From contig JBBRRH010000001.1 of NCBI GenBank assembly GCA_038201105.1, positions 8,864 through 72,863 of the forward strand: 64,000 nucleotides of DNA, read 5' to 3'. Below the pieces are notes generated by a model. It ran no database searches. It saw only the letters and a list, made by a program, of their open reading frames with translations, and was not told the DNA's origin. The position numbers were made by a program, and so were the translations under genes. The stretch comes from Nitrososphaera sp. Its GTDB lineage: Archaea; Thermoproteota; Nitrososphaeria; Nitrososphaerales; Nitrososphaeraceae. Position 1 is the first letter of the stretch. Each line of letters starts with the position of its first letter. Shown in pieces: positions 21,595 through 32,225 of this stretch.

Positions 21595-22460
21595 ATACTG
21601 GGAAGACTGGATCTTCTCTTTTCATACTCTATGACCAACTTCGTTGGGAAGAAAAAGCAATTATAGAATCTGCAAAGAAGAAAGGAATTGATATTGGTAT
21701 TGCGAATTGCAGGGACGCTATTATCGACCTAGAGCAGAATATGGAATATTCAGATAGAATTATGATTCAAAGATGTATCAGTTATTACAATAACGTTCAC
21801 TCCACTGCAGCTATAGAAGGATTAGGAGCAACGGTAATTAATTCTCTGCAGACGGCAATCTATTGCGGAAATAAGTTATTTTCACATATGGAATTAAGAA
21901 AGGCGGGCGTTCCCGTCCCCAGAGCATTCTGCGCTTTTTCGCAAGAGTCTGCTCTAATAGGATTAGGCGAGCGTGGATACCCAAAAGTTATAAAACCTGT
22001 GGTCGGAAGTTGGGGGAGACTGATAGCATTGTTAAAGGACAAAGACTCGGCAGAAGCAGTTATTGAAAGTAGAGAACACATGTACCCGCTATATCATGTT
22101 TACTATTTAGAGGACTATATTACAAGACCTCCCCGTGATATAAGAGCCATCGTTGTTGGTGATAATGTAGCTGCAGCGATATACCGATATTCAGGCGATG
22201 GCTCATGGAAGACAAATATGGCGCTGGGTGGCACGGCAGAGGCCTGCGAAATTACGAAGGAGTTAGAAGACATATGTCTGCGAGCTGCCAAAGCAGTCAA
22301 TGCTGAAATAGCGGGTGTGGATTTGATGGAAAGCGATGAACAGGGTTTGCTTGTACATGAAGTCAATAATACTACTGAATTCAAGAACACTGTACGAGTG
22401 ACAGGCGTGGATATTCCATCTATTATGATAGACCATTGTATTAAATTAAAAAAACATTAA
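21591..22460 (+). CDS. lysX: Alpha-aminoadipate--LysW ligase
   Basis: KPVVGSWGR, DIR, HEVNNTTEFKNT (NT signature); GTG at 21591 overlaps the lysW stop (GTGA). Confidence 0.88.
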   Translation: MNTGKTGSSLFILYDQLRWEEKAIIESAKKKGIDIGIANCRDAIIDLEQNMEYSDRIMIQRCISYYNNVHSTAAIEGLGATVINSLQTAIYCGNKLFSHMELRKAGVPVPRAFCAFSQESALIGLGERGYPKVIKPVVGSWGRLIALLKDKDSAEAVIESREHMYPLYHVYYLEDYITRPPRDIRAIVVGDNVAAAIYRYSGDGSWKTNMALGGTAEACEITKELEDICLRAAKAVNAEIAGVDLMESDEQGLLVHEVNNTTEFKNTVRVTGVDIPSIMIDHCIKLKKH

Positions 22461-22469
22461 CAGATCGAA

Positions 22470-23612
22470 TTGGTCTCTCCAGCTTACGCGGTGGAACTAC
22501 TGAAAAATTCATTAGAGATCTATACACCCTCCAGGTCGGAGGGAGGGCTTGCGAACCTTATTAAGGAAAGGTGTATGAGCGATTTAGGATTCGAAAGAGT
22601 TACCATCGACAGTGTAGGAAATGTGATTGCAACAAAGGGTTCTGGAGAACCGAAAATGCTTCTTTGTGGCCACATGGATACCGTTCCAGGTCAGGTACCG
22701 GTTAGGATTGACTCAGGATTCATATATGGAAGAGGTGCATCTGACGCGAAAGGACCTCTTATTTCAATGCTCCTAGCGGCCTCGGAATTTAAACAAAAGG
22801 GAACCATAATTTTTGCAGGTGTAGTTGATGAGGAGGGGAACGCTACAGGTGTGAAAGAACTTGTCAAGAGCAAGCTGTTCCCAGATTATGCAATTTTCGG
22901 AGAGCCGAGTGGCATAAGCAATATAACAATTGCTTACAAGGGGAGATTAGCACTCCGTCTAATTTGTGATGTAGGTGAGACCGCACATGCAAGTGCACCG
23001 TGGCTTGCAATGAATTCCATTGAAGAGATGCAGTATATTTGGAATGATCTTAAGAGGATATTAAATGAAGGTAATATAGAATTAAACAAGAAAAGTACTG
23101 CTGTTACTTGCAGTCTTACTGAAATTTCAGGCGGAACGAGTCACAATGTAACGCCGCAAAAGTGTAAAGCCACGATAGATATAAGGATACCAACCAACAG
23201 GACATGTCTAGAAATTCTAGGCATTGTTGACGAGATTCTCAACAAATTGGCCAAACAAAGGAATGTAAAGCTGACATATAGAATAGAAGATATGACTGAA
23301 TCATTCGAAGCTGAACACTCTTCAGCTCTTGTGAGAGCACTTTCGCTATCTATTTTGGATGTGTGTAGGACACGACCTATGTTGATAAGAAAAACCGGAA
23401 CGGGCGACATGAATGTTTTGGGTAATTCTTTAAAAATTCCTGTAGTAACATATGGGCCAGGTGAGCCACATGCATCACACTCAAAAGATGAAAGAATTGA
23501 GATAGAGTCTTACCTTACAAGTATCGAAGTATTCGGTCGGGCACTATTCCACATATCACGATTACATCAGATCAAAAAGCAAAATGTTAACAAACCAAAA
23601 ATAATAAACTAA
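22470..23612 (+). CDS. lysK: LysW-lysine/ornithine hydrolase (M20, LysK/ArgE)
   Basis: GHMDTV, GRGASDAKG, DEE, GEPS, YGPG, HS.DE. Confidence 0.92.
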   Translation: MVSPAYAVELLKNSLEIYTPSRSEGGLANLIKERCMSDLGFERVTIDSVGNVIATKGSGEPKMLLCGHMDTVPGQVPVRIDSGFIYGRGASDAKGPLISMLLAASEFKQKGTIIFAGVVDEEGNATGVKELVKSKLFPDYAIFGEPSGISNITIAYKGRLALRLICDVGETAHASAPWLAMNSIEEMQYIWNDLKRILNEGNIELNKKSTAVTCSLTEISGGTSHNVTPQKCKATIDIRIPTNRTCLEILGIVDEILNKLAKQRNVKLTYRIEDMTESFEAEHSSALVRALSLSILDVCRTRPMLIRKTGTGDMNVLGNSLKIPVVTYGPGEPHASHSKDERIEIESYLTSIEVFGRALFHISRLHQIKKQNVNKPKIIN

Positions 23613-23625
23613 AGGTCAAATTGTA

Positions 23626-24720
23626 ATGTTAACTTTCATCGGAATTGGCATATACGGGATCTCTGGCTTGAGCCAAAAAGCAGCAGCAATCCTAGCCATC
23701 TGTGATTTAATATATGTAGAAAGATTCACGTCTTCAATCTCCAATGACGATTTACAAAACCTAACATCCTTATTTTCTTCGTCTAATAGTAAACAGGTGA
23801 TTCCAGTTAAACGATGGTTTGTTGAAGATGGAAGAGAAATCCTGCAAGAGGCCAAGGACCGAAATGTGGCCTTGCTAAGTTATGGAGATCCCATGATTGC
23901 AACAACATTTATGGAATTGAGACTCAGGGCAATTGATAGAAATGTTAAAGTCGAAGTAGTTTATGGAGCATCCGGAGTGACCTCACTCATCAGTGAATGC
24001 GGGCTTCAGATTTACAAGATTGGGAAAATTGTTACTATGATGGAAGAAAGTCATTCTGCGATTAGTGTTTATAATTCTGTAACCACTGATCTTCAGCTCA
24101 AGTGCCATACACTCATTCTTACGGAATATAGATCCAATGAAGACCAGTCTATATTTTTTTTGGATCCCAGGCAAGTAATTTTAAGATTGCTGGAAGTGGA
24201 AAAAGATCTTAGATACAACATCATAACTTTTGACTCGTTCATCATAGTCGCTTCTCGCATTGGTACCAAAGAACAAAAAATACTAAGTGGTAAAGTAAGC
24301 TCTTTGTTAGGAATAGAGTATGGGCAAGGACCCCATTCATTAATTTTTCCCGGTAAATTACACTTTATTGAAGAAGAGGGAATAATGAAGTTAACAGAGA
24401 CCCTTGATTCACCTTCTGACAACACAGCTTATTTTGATAATATTGCCACGAGAATGATAAAAAAATATGTTCCAATGATTCATGATGAAATAAATCAAAT
24501 ACGCAGCCGAGAGACGTCTAGATTAGACTATAACAAAAAAATTGTAGAGATATTAGATAATGCAGAGTACTATGTTGATGACGCAATTAACTTTATGGAT
24601 CAGGGAAAAAATGAACTTGCAGTATTGTCCATTGGATATGCGGACGGTTTGGTAGACTGTTTAAAGTTCGTGTCGCTAGGAAAGAAATCCGACAAAAGTA
24701 ACCTAAGCCTGAACTTTTAA
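23626..24720 (+). CDS. dph5: Diphthine synthase with C-terminal DUF357-like extension
   Basis: FIGIG, YVERFTS, GDPMIATT, GPHSLIFPG; tail NAEYYVDDA...SIGYADGLVD. Confidence 0.88.
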   Translation: MLTFIGIGIYGISGLSQKAAAILAICDLIYVERFTSSISNDDLQNLTSLFSSSNSKQVIPVKRWFVEDGREILQEAKDRNVALLSYGDPMIATTFMELRLRAIDRNVKVEVVYGASGVTSLISECGLQIYKIGKIVTMMEESHSAISVYNSVTTDLQLKCHTLILTEYRSNEDQSIFFLDPRQVILRLLEVEKDLRYNIITFDSFIIVASRIGTKEQKILSGKVSSLLGIEYGQGPHSLIFPGKLHFIEEEGIMKLTETLDSPSDNTAYFDNIATRMIKKYVPMIHDEINQIRSRETSRLDYNKKIVEILDNAEYYVDDAINFMDQGKNELAVLSIGYADGLVDCLKFVSLGKKSDKSNLSLNF

Positions 24721-24919
24721 TTGGTAAGGATGGGTGAATTCCTATTCCGATACCCTACAATAGTAAGGTTTTTGAAATACTCCATCAAATAGAATTCAGA
24801 GTCGAAAGTGTTGCCAACTTTGTCTGACAGTTATGGATTAGTATTTCGCAAATAGTCAAATGACTTTATTAAATCAAGTCTAGAGATTCAGTTACACAAT
24901 TCTTTTATAAAAGTAAATT

Positions 24920-25465
24920 ATGATAACACTAATGAAGCTTAATCTTGCTCTCTTGCCACTGGCTTCAATCATAGTATTGGCAGTACTGACGGAATCTAGT
25001 TTCGCTAATGCTGAACTCGAATCTTTGGCAGAATTATCTGGATTTTCAGAAGTGCCCCAAATTTTTAGTGAAGCTCTAGGTACGGCAACGCTACGGGGTA
25101 ACGGAACCGTATTAAACTATCAAATTAACATAACGGGAATAGAGCAGGTAACTGGAGCTGACATTCACCAAGGAGAAGAAACAGAGAACGGAGAAATCGT
25201 TGTCACACTTTTCAGAGCTAATGCATCAGAGGGCCCTCTTAATGGTGTTTTGGCAGGAACTATAACTAATTCATCTCTTCAAGGACCACTAGCAGGTAAG
25301 GGCACGAAAGACTTGATTGATTTAATTAATCAAAATAGAACATACGTGAATATATATACCACGAAATTCCCTAATGGTGAGCTAAGAGGCACTATTGTTA
25401 CTAGAGGAAATGTGTCTGTGGATGGTGGTATGAATAATGGAAGCATGCCAACGACAACTAGTTAA
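24920..25465 (+). CDS. Secreted CHRD-domain protein
   Basis: Signal peptide; LSGFSEVP, ALGTATL, IHQG..ENGEIV, YVNIYT..FPNGELRG. Confidence 0.82.
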   Translation: MITLMKLNLALLPLASIIVLAVLTESSFANAELESLAELSGFSEVPQIFSEALGTATLRGNGTVLNYQINITGIEQVTGADIHQGEETENGEIVVTLFRANASEGPLNGVLAGTITNSSLQGPLAGKGTKDLIDLINQNRTYVNIYTTKFPNGELRGTIVTRGNVSVDGGMNNGSMPTTTS

Positions 25466-25635
25466 GGAGATATTCTGTTCATCCTATTTGAAATTTCGAC
25501 ATTTCGAGCACTTGTCAGGATCTGTTTCTTTCTGTTTGACGGCGATTCACGATAGTGGATACAGGTCTTCGGTATGTCGAGTAATTATTGGTAAAAAACA
25601 GGAATACTTTAAAATCTTTATTATAATACTACGAT

Positions 25636-26442
25636 ATGTCCTATTTTAAATCAGGAATTAGATCTGAATTCTTAAGTAAGATTCCAAATTTGCGCTCACC
25701 TTATCTGATTTGTGGATTCCCTGGAACAGGTTATGTAGGTAAGATGGTTGTAGATCATTTGATACAGGAATTGAAGGCGGTACACCTTGCCGACATATAC
25801 TGTACATCATTCCCTCCCAGAGTAATCATAGGAACCGACGGAACTGTGGATCTTACCAGAAATTCAATATACTATTCAAGACATTGCGAGGCACACAAAG
25901 ACGATCTAGTTTTCGTTACGGGAGACGCACAGCCTGTCAGTCCAGAATCAGAGTATTACTTAGCTGAAGAAATACTGAAAATCGTAACTCAGTTTGACAC
26001 AAAGCAAGTTTTTACCCTTGGTGCGTACATTACTGGCGCCTTTGCTGAGAAACCCAAAGTATATTGTATGTCGACAGATCTAGAGACATTACATTCTTTA
26101 TCTACTCAAGATATTGCCCATCTTGACAATGGGAGTGTTACTGGAATGAATGGACTAGTAATAGGAATAGCCAAGCTCCTCGACATGAAAGGTGTATGTT
26201 TCTTGGCGGAAACATCTGGATATGTCATAGACGCCATTGCTTCAAAGAATATATTGGAGGCTTTGATGTTCACAATAACTTTGAAGGTTAACATGGAGAG
26301 CATGATACTGAGAGCTAAGGATACAGAAATGCTCATAAGAACAATAGAGCAGCAGATAGTCAATAAAGTAGCTCCACCCAATTCTGAAGTTGGAGCGCAG
26401 GTCTCTCCTAAAAGACAGCCGGATACCGGATACATCAGCTAA
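25636..26442 (+). CDS. PAC2-family proteasome assembly chaperone
   Basis: GFPGTGYVGK, GDAQP, TLGAY, GMNGLVIG, ETSGY. Confidence 0.88.
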   Translation: MSYFKSGIRSEFLSKIPNLRSPYLICGFPGTGYVGKMVVDHLIQELKAVHLADIYCTSFPPRVIIGTDGTVDLTRNSIYYSRHCEAHKDDLVFVTGDAQPVSPESEYYLAEEILKIVTQFDTKQVFTLGAYITGAFAEKPKVYCMSTDLETLHSLSTQDIAHLDNGSVTGMNGLVIGIAKLLDMKGVCFLAETSGYVIDAIASKNILEALMFTITLKVNMESMILRAKDTEMLIRTIEQQIVNKVAPPNSEVGAQVSPKRQPDTGYIS

Positions 26443-26491
26443 TGCACAATACTTGTCTTAACGTCGTATGCCTTCCTTACAACAAGGATTT

Positions 26492-26779
26492 TTACAGCTT
26501 CGCTAATTTACCATATCTACCTATGTTCAAACTATTCTCCCCTCTGAATGCTTGGGTATAACCGTTTTCAATTGAAACCTCATCGCCTTCATTCATCATC
26601 CCTATTTGATCATCCCATAAAGACAGTTTGATCTTACCAGTATCGTCGGATAAAACGGCATCAGCTACTTGAGCCGTTCCCCCAGTCCTAAGATTGACCG
26701 TCCTCGGTTCCCCCAATGATTCAACTCTCCCGTTCACATTGACATTACGCATTCCTGCCCGCAGTTCGTTTATCTTCAT
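26492..26779 (-). CDS. ssb: Single OB-fold single-stranded DNA-binding protein
   Basis: KINEL..G..NVNV.G.V, DDTGKIKLSLWD, IENGY..FRG..SLNIGRYG. Confidence 0.88.
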   Translation of the reverse strand: MKINELRAGMRNVNVNGRVESLGEPRTVNLRTGGTAQVADAVLSDDTGKIKLSLWDDQIGMMNEGDEVSIENGYTQAFRGENSLNIGRYGKLAKL

Positions 26780-26925
26780 GTTCCCAATGTTTTGTTATTG
26801 CCTATAATAAAAATTCTACGATGCAATGACATGGTGTACTAATAAACATATATTTTACTTACTAGCTTCCAGAAGTTTTGGAAAGAGATAGGATGAAATA
26901 ATGTCCTGAATTACAAGTATACGGA

Positions 26926-27037
26926 GGAGGGATAGCGAAGCATGGCCAACCGCGCAGGACTCAAGATGATTATTATCGGCGTGACATGTGAAATCCCGTC
27001 CCTAAGGGGTTCGTGGGTTCAAATCCCACTCCCTCCA
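26926..27037 (+). tRNA. tRNA-Leu(CAA) with 27-nt intron at 37/38 (26966-26992)
   Basis: Acceptor GGAGGGA/TCCCTCC, CT-CAA-G then intron, long variable arm, GTGGG-TTCAAAT-CCCAC; one A:C mismatch in the anticodon stem. Confidence 0.88.
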
Positions 27038-27176
27038 CTACATATTCGGTCAGATATCCAAGAAAAAACATGATCAGCAATATTCAGGAAGAAACTGATA
27101 CACTAACGCGCCCAATGGCACAAGTTTATTGCCAGACTCATGAGTATTCAACTTCCCCGAAATCTTTCTTATAGAT

Positions 27177-28400
27177 TTAAGTATCTTCCAAGCCCTTTGA
27201 AGTTATTTTCAGTCTACTACCAAGCCTCAAGATATAAGGTGTTATGAAAGTGGTTACTACTGTTACTACACCCAGTATTGGAAAGATGAATGACGAAATA
27301 GCACCAACGTCTTGGCCGCCCTTGGCTACAACCAGTGAAAGTTCACCTCTCGCAGAAGACATTCCTAGTCCGGTCCGCAACGCCGTAGTACTACTGTACC
27401 CTGATCTAACGAGTATAACGTAAATTATCAACAACTTTGATACGAAGGATGTTACAATGAGAACAAGTGCAGGAATTATAAATATTGGGATTTTGGAGAC
27501 GTCCATTAACGCACCTACAGATACAAAAAATAACGCTGCGAAAACATCCCGTAGTGGAACTGTTATTACGCGGGCAATACTGGCGCTGTTAGATTCGGCG
27601 ACCAAAACACCAGCTAAGAATGCCCCTATTACAACAGATAATCCAAGTGCAATACTGACGAATGATAATCCAAATGCCAGTCCGAGAATTACTATTAGGA
27701 GAACAGAATAGTCATTGGTCTTAGCTACCTTATCGATGATAAGAGGCAAGAATTTCGAACCAAGGACAAGAACTCCACCTATGAATCCAGCCACGATTGC
27801 TAATGACACTGATATCTGTACAATAGAGACGTTACTAGTTGCCGCTATAGATTGCAAAATACCTAAGGCAGTAATCACGACAATATCTTCTACTATTGAT
27901 ATCCCTAACAACAGTACGGTAGATTTTTCTCTCAACATGTTAAGCTCTTCAAGTACTCGAACTGTCACAACCGTACTTGTTACAGACATGGCCAATGCTA
28001 GAAACATAGAGTCATACTGTGAAAACCCCAGTGTCTGGGCTACAAAAAATACCAATGTAAGAGTTCCTAGTGATTCTGAGAGCGCGACAATAATCGAAGT
28101 CCTTCCAACTGATCTGAGTTTTGCGATTGGAAATTCTGTCCCTATGACAAACATTAGCATGATTATTCCTAATTCTGCGAGGACATTCAAAGCATTAATA
28201 TCATGAATTAATCTGAATGGCGGAGTATAAGGACCTATTACCATCCCTGCAAGCAGATAGCCTATGACCATCGGCTGTTTCAACTTGAAAGTAACAACCA
28301 ACATTATAGCAGCAACTATCATAATCACTGCGAAATCTTGAACTAAATAGTTAGGATTAGAACCTAATGTCTGACTTACTAAACCGCTTGTAAAATTCAT
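27177..28400 (-). CDS. Cation:proton antiporter (CPA2/KefB-like)
   Basis: KLKQPMVIGYLLAGMVIGP, LAELGII.LMF.IG, GAFLAG, RGELSL; ATG at 28400 preferred. Confidence 0.9.
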   Translation of the reverse strand: MNFTSGLVSQTLGSNPNYLVQDFAVIMIVAAIMLVVTFKLKQPMVIGYLLAGMVIGPYTPPFRLIHDINALNVLAELGIIMLMFVIGTEFPIAKLRSVGRTSIIVALSESLGTLTLVFFVAQTLGFSQYDSMFLALAMSVTSTVVTVRVLEELNMLREKSTVLLLGISIVEDIVVITALGILQSIAATSNVSIVQISVSLAIVAGFIGGVLVLGSKFLPLIIDKVAKTNDYSVLLIVILGLAFGLSFVSIALGLSVVIGAFLAGVLVAESNSASIARVITVPLRDVFAALFFVSVGALMDVSKIPIFIIPALVLIVTSFVSKLLIIYVILVRSGYSSTTALRTGLGMSSARGELSLVVAKGGQDVGAISSFIFPILGVVTVVTTFITPYILRLGSRLKITSKGLEDT

Positions 28401-28833
28401 AACCACCAGGTCAAAGACAAATGAGTTTGATGTTAAAACTATAGTTATCTGAATGTAGTTTTGGAATTGACACAACCATTAGGGAAAAGCCAATTCAGAA
28501 TAAGATAGATGGAGACAATTAAGAAGTATTTTAGGCGTTCACTCTGATCATGAATATTAGAATAGCCCTTCATCCATTCAAATTGTTCATTCTCGTAGTG
28601 CGATTTTCCTTGTCTCTGTCTTGTGATCTCGTCCACAGATAGATCATAGCATTTAAAATTTATCAATTATCTCTAAGACAAAGTAGTCATAGTTAAATCT
28701 ATGTCACTATCAACTCTGGCATTCTAGCCATCGAAACTGGAAAGAAGATGTTTGCATTGTCATTGAACCTATTTATTAGAACGATTCCTCCATTTCTTGC
28801 AGTGTATCTTCATCAAACATTCATAAACACTAA

Positions 28834-28974
28834 TTAAATTAATAATCCTGTTACGTACATTACGAATATTCCAACTGCAAGGCCCGCAACAATTGGACCA
28901 TTATCTAATCCATTATTTCCGTTAGTCTATTACCTCAATTACCCTACCTGGTAAACTATCTAAAATAATGCACC
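28834..28974 (-). pseudogene. Decayed C-terminal remnant of a ZIP-family metal transporter
   Basis: Reverse frame reads GALF*IVYQVG*LR**TNGNNGLDNGPIVAGLAVGIFVMYVTGLLI*, resembling the last two helices of thaumarchaeal ZIP proteins, with several in-frame stops. Family call from memory. Confidence 0.5.
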
Positions 28975-29420
28975 TGAGTTTTCAGAGATACCTGTATCAG
29001 CCTATTCATGTGAATTTGAACTTGATGATGCACGGAGTAAATTGGTATTCCATTGACTCTAAAAGTTGTTTTCAGGAGAAGTCCGTCAGTGAGGGTGTCT
29101 CGGGATCAGGTATGAATCACCCAGCGCGGTGACGTGTTCTTTGAGAAAAATTCATGTGACAATGATACGGAAATATCCCAAAAGGTTTTGCTCAAGTTCA
29201 TAAACGAATTTTCCTCCGTGCACAATTCCTTCAGACCAACATTTTACAGCAAGTTTCGAACTATGTTCCTTAACCTTGAGCAATGAGGACGAATTATTCC
29301 CTTAGCTACTGATTTTGATGCAATTCTAGCGAGTTTATCTAGCTTGCCCAAACACGTGTCGTTCGGTCGTTTACTTAGCTTTAAATAACAAGAAAATATT
29401 TTGTGAGCTGATCTTAATAT

Positions 29421-30884
29421 ATGGAATCTAAGACGCCAGATTATGACATCATAATAGCAGGAGGTGGACTTGCCGGCATGATAGTAGCAAGCTCGGCTGC
29501 ATATTATTCTAATCAGACTTTAAGAATACTGGTGATTGACAGGAATTTACCGCCCGAATTAGGAAAGAAGACTGTTTCGGGATGGATATGTGGCGATGCT
29601 GTTGGAAAGAAAAGTGTAGATTTTATGACTTCAAGAATAGGGATTGCTTGGGACTCGCCTGAAATTGAACATCCAGTCAAGGGAGTTGTAGCGTATTCTC
29701 CAAACCACGAAACATCTGTTTCTTTTGATGGAGAAGGATACATTCTAAATAGAAAACTTTTGCCTCAAAAACAACTCAAAGACGTGTTGAAATTGGGGGT
29801 AGAGATGAAGTACAATATTGCGTTAAGAAATCTCCTGGTAGAAGATGGCGTTGTAATTGGTGTAGAAGGAGAGGATATGGAGAACAAATCTCCAATTAGG
29901 AAGACGTCAAAGGTGGTCGTCGATTGTACTGGCGTAACATCGGTTCTTCGTACTAACCTTCCTATAAAGTCATTTATCCAGCGCAGGATTGACAGAGATG
30001 ATTTAGAAGCCACGGGTAGATACATCTACAGCTTTGAACGAGGAAACGAAGACGAAACATTTTTTGACCCAGATTACTGCATAATTCATCTTGATCAGAG
30101 ACTAGCTCCTGGTGGATACGCTTGGGTTTTTCCCAAGGGTACCAATAAAGTAAATGTTGGCCTGGGAGTTCAACAACGAGCATTGGATACTTTTAATAAA
30201 AGTAATGGAACGCACAAGAATCTCAGAACACTCATAGACGATTACGTAGGAATCAATCCTGTCATCAAAAACCCTCAAATCGTTGATTCTGAAGCCGATA
30301 ATGGAAACGCATGGGGAACATGGCAGGTCTCCGTAAGAAGGCAGAACGACTGCCTAGTTGCGAATGGCTATATATTGGTAGGGGATTCAGCGTGGATGCC
30401 AAAACCATTGGATGCTGGTGGAATAGGACCTGCAATTATTGCTGCTACCATCGCTGGAGAAGATGCTGTACAGGCAATCGAGGCTGGGGATTGCTCGGAA
30501 AGCTCACTATGGGGATACAATAAACATTTTATCGATGCATATGGTTACAAGACGGCGGGACTTGAAGTTTTTCGCAGGATGCTGCAGGGCTTAAACAATG
30601 ATCAAATTAATTACGGTATGAAACATTTTCTGTCCAAATTTGACATAGATAAAATTACAAATGGTGAACATCCTGAATTTGGTATGGTGGATAAAGTCAG
30701 CATGTTGATAAGGGGAGCAATTAACAAGCGATTAGCAGAGGACTTGAAATATACAGCACGAGTCAATAAGCAATTGGTCGATCATTATCACAATTATCCC
30801 TCCGATCCAAACCGCTTTCCCGAATGGCAAAAAGTCCTTTTCAATTACATGGATGAAGCATTAGTCCGTTTTGGACATTCTTAG
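29421..30884 (+). CDS. Digeranylgeranylglycerophospholipid reductase (GGR family)
   Basis: IIAGGGLAG, CGDA, PGGYAWVFPKG, VGDSA..PKPLDAGGI. Confidence 0.85.
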   Translation: MESKTPDYDIIIAGGGLAGMIVASSAAYYSNQTLRILVIDRNLPPELGKKTVSGWICGDAVGKKSVDFMTSRIGIAWDSPEIEHPVKGVVAYSPNHETSVSFDGEGYILNRKLLPQKQLKDVLKLGVEMKYNIALRNLLVEDGVVIGVEGEDMENKSPIRKTSKVVVDCTGVTSVLRTNLPIKSFIQRRIDRDDLEATGRYIYSFERGNEDETFFDPDYCIIHLDQRLAPGGYAWVFPKGTNKVNVGLGVQQRALDTFNKSNGTHKNLRTLIDDYVGINPVIKNPQIVDSEADNGNAWGTWQVSVRRQNDCLVANGYILVGDSAWMPKPLDAGGIGPAIIAATIAGEDAVQAIEAGDCSESSLWGYNKHFIDAYGYKTAGLEVFRRMLQGLNNDQINYGMKHFLSKFDIDKITNGEHPEFGMVDKVSMLIRGAINKRLAEDLKYTARVNKQLVDHYHNYPSDPNRFPEWQKVLFNYMDEALVRFGHS

Positions 30885-30895
30885 TTATTTTCATC

Positions 30896-31549
30896 TCAAT
30901 TTTTCTGCCGTCGATCCTCTGCTGAAAAGGGCTGTGGAGTCTCTGCAAACGCATCTATTCTCTTCATCAGAACTCTCCTTCTTTCTTCCTCAGTCATCAT
31001 TGACCTTACATCTTCTATCAGGTGTCTTGATACATCCAATTTCTTTCTTAACCCTGGAACCAGATTATCAAATACCGCAAGAGGATATATTGATCCGTAG
31101 ATATCGTCCATAATCTTAAAGAGATTCTCGATATCTTCCACCTTATTTTTTCTAAGTTTGTCGTAAATAATCCGCTTGATTTCACCAATACAATCCAAGA
31201 GACCCAGAACGTAAGATGGACCATCTACGTCGATATCGCCCATACTAGGAATCTCGGAGCATCTTACAATCGAAAGAAGCGATAGTCCTTCAGTTAGTTC
31301 TTGTTCTGGAACCGACAAATATTTGGCTAGATCCGTTCTTGCAATGTTTTTGAAATTTGCGAGAAGATCTTTTGCCTGTGAAAACATCTTTTCTGCTTCT
31401 ATGTTATCACCATTATGAATTGATACAATACCTTTAGCGCATAGAATGACTACGTCCCTTGTTCCTTTGATCAGAGATTCTCGTCTGCCTTCCAGATCTT
31501 TCAGCAACTCGTTGATTTTTTCTAAGTCTGATGTCACATTCGATAGCAT
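30896..31549 (-). CDS. Translin-family RNA/DNA-binding protein
   Basis: RRESLIK.TRDV, EQELTE, SYVLGLLDCIGEIKR, GLRKKLDVSR; ATG at 31549 preferred. Confidence 0.82.
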   Translation of the reverse strand: MLSNVTSDLEKINELLKDLEGRRESLIKGTRDVVILCAKGIVSIHNGDNIEAEKMFSQAKDLLANFKNIARTDLAKYLSVPEQELTEGLSLLSIVRCSEIPSMGDIDVDGPSYVLGLLDCIGEIKRIIYDKLRKNKVEDIENLFKIMDDIYGSIYPLAVFDNLVPGLRKKLDVSRHLIEDVRSMMTEEERRRVLMKRIDAFAETPQPFSAEDRRQKN

Positions 31550-31718
31550 GGCATAGTGTGTTGTTTGACTGTGATATAATCGCTCTACAGGTAGCAGAGT
31601 GTACAATCAGAATATTGTCTAAGCCAGAAAACTATCATATTACATCTAGAAATTTTCTCAGCCACCTCAAAAAAAAATTAAAAAAAGTCTAAAAGTAGGG
31701 CATACAAATTTTGGATCG

Positions 31719-32204
31719 TTGGCGAATATTCGACGGAGCAGAGGCTATGGTTTTGAACATACTCTCGTTCAAAAATTCAACAGAACAAGGTGGGATGCCC
31801 GCCGACTTGGAGGGTCAAGTACTAACCTTCCCGATATAGTGGCAGTCAATAATGTGCATTCTATCTTATTGTCTATTGAAGCAAAATCTGGGACCAGCGA
31901 TAATCTTTATGTGCCCTCTGACCAGATAGAAAGATGCATCCAGATTAAAAAGATGTTTGGAGTCTACAGGACGAGCCATGCAATCCTAGCGTTCAAATTT
32001 ATGAGAAAGAAGAGAGTCCTACAAAATGGCGAGAAAACATACGTCAAGAGGAAATTACAAGAGTATTATAAAATCGCAGACAAATACGCTGGTCCAAGTC
32101 CACCTAATATAAGATGTACTTATGATGGAAAAACGTATGAAATAAGAGGAGATATAACAAGAAAATGCCATCTTGTAGATTATCCCATGCCATTCCAACG
32201 ATGA
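31719..32204 (+). CDS. hjc: Hjc-like Holliday junction resolvase (PD-(D/E)xK)
   Basis: RG..FE..LV, LPDIVA, IEAKS. Confidence 0.72.
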   Translation: MANIRRSRGYGFEHTLVQKFNRTRWDARRLGGSSTNLPDIVAVNNVHSILLSIEAKSGTSDNLYVPSDQIERCIQIKKMFGVYRTSHAILAFKFMRKKRVLQNGEKTYVKRKLQEYYKIADKYAGPSPPNIRCTYDGKTYEIRGDITRKCHLVDYPMPFQR

Positions 32205-32225
32205 TCAACTTCTAGACTTGCTTGA

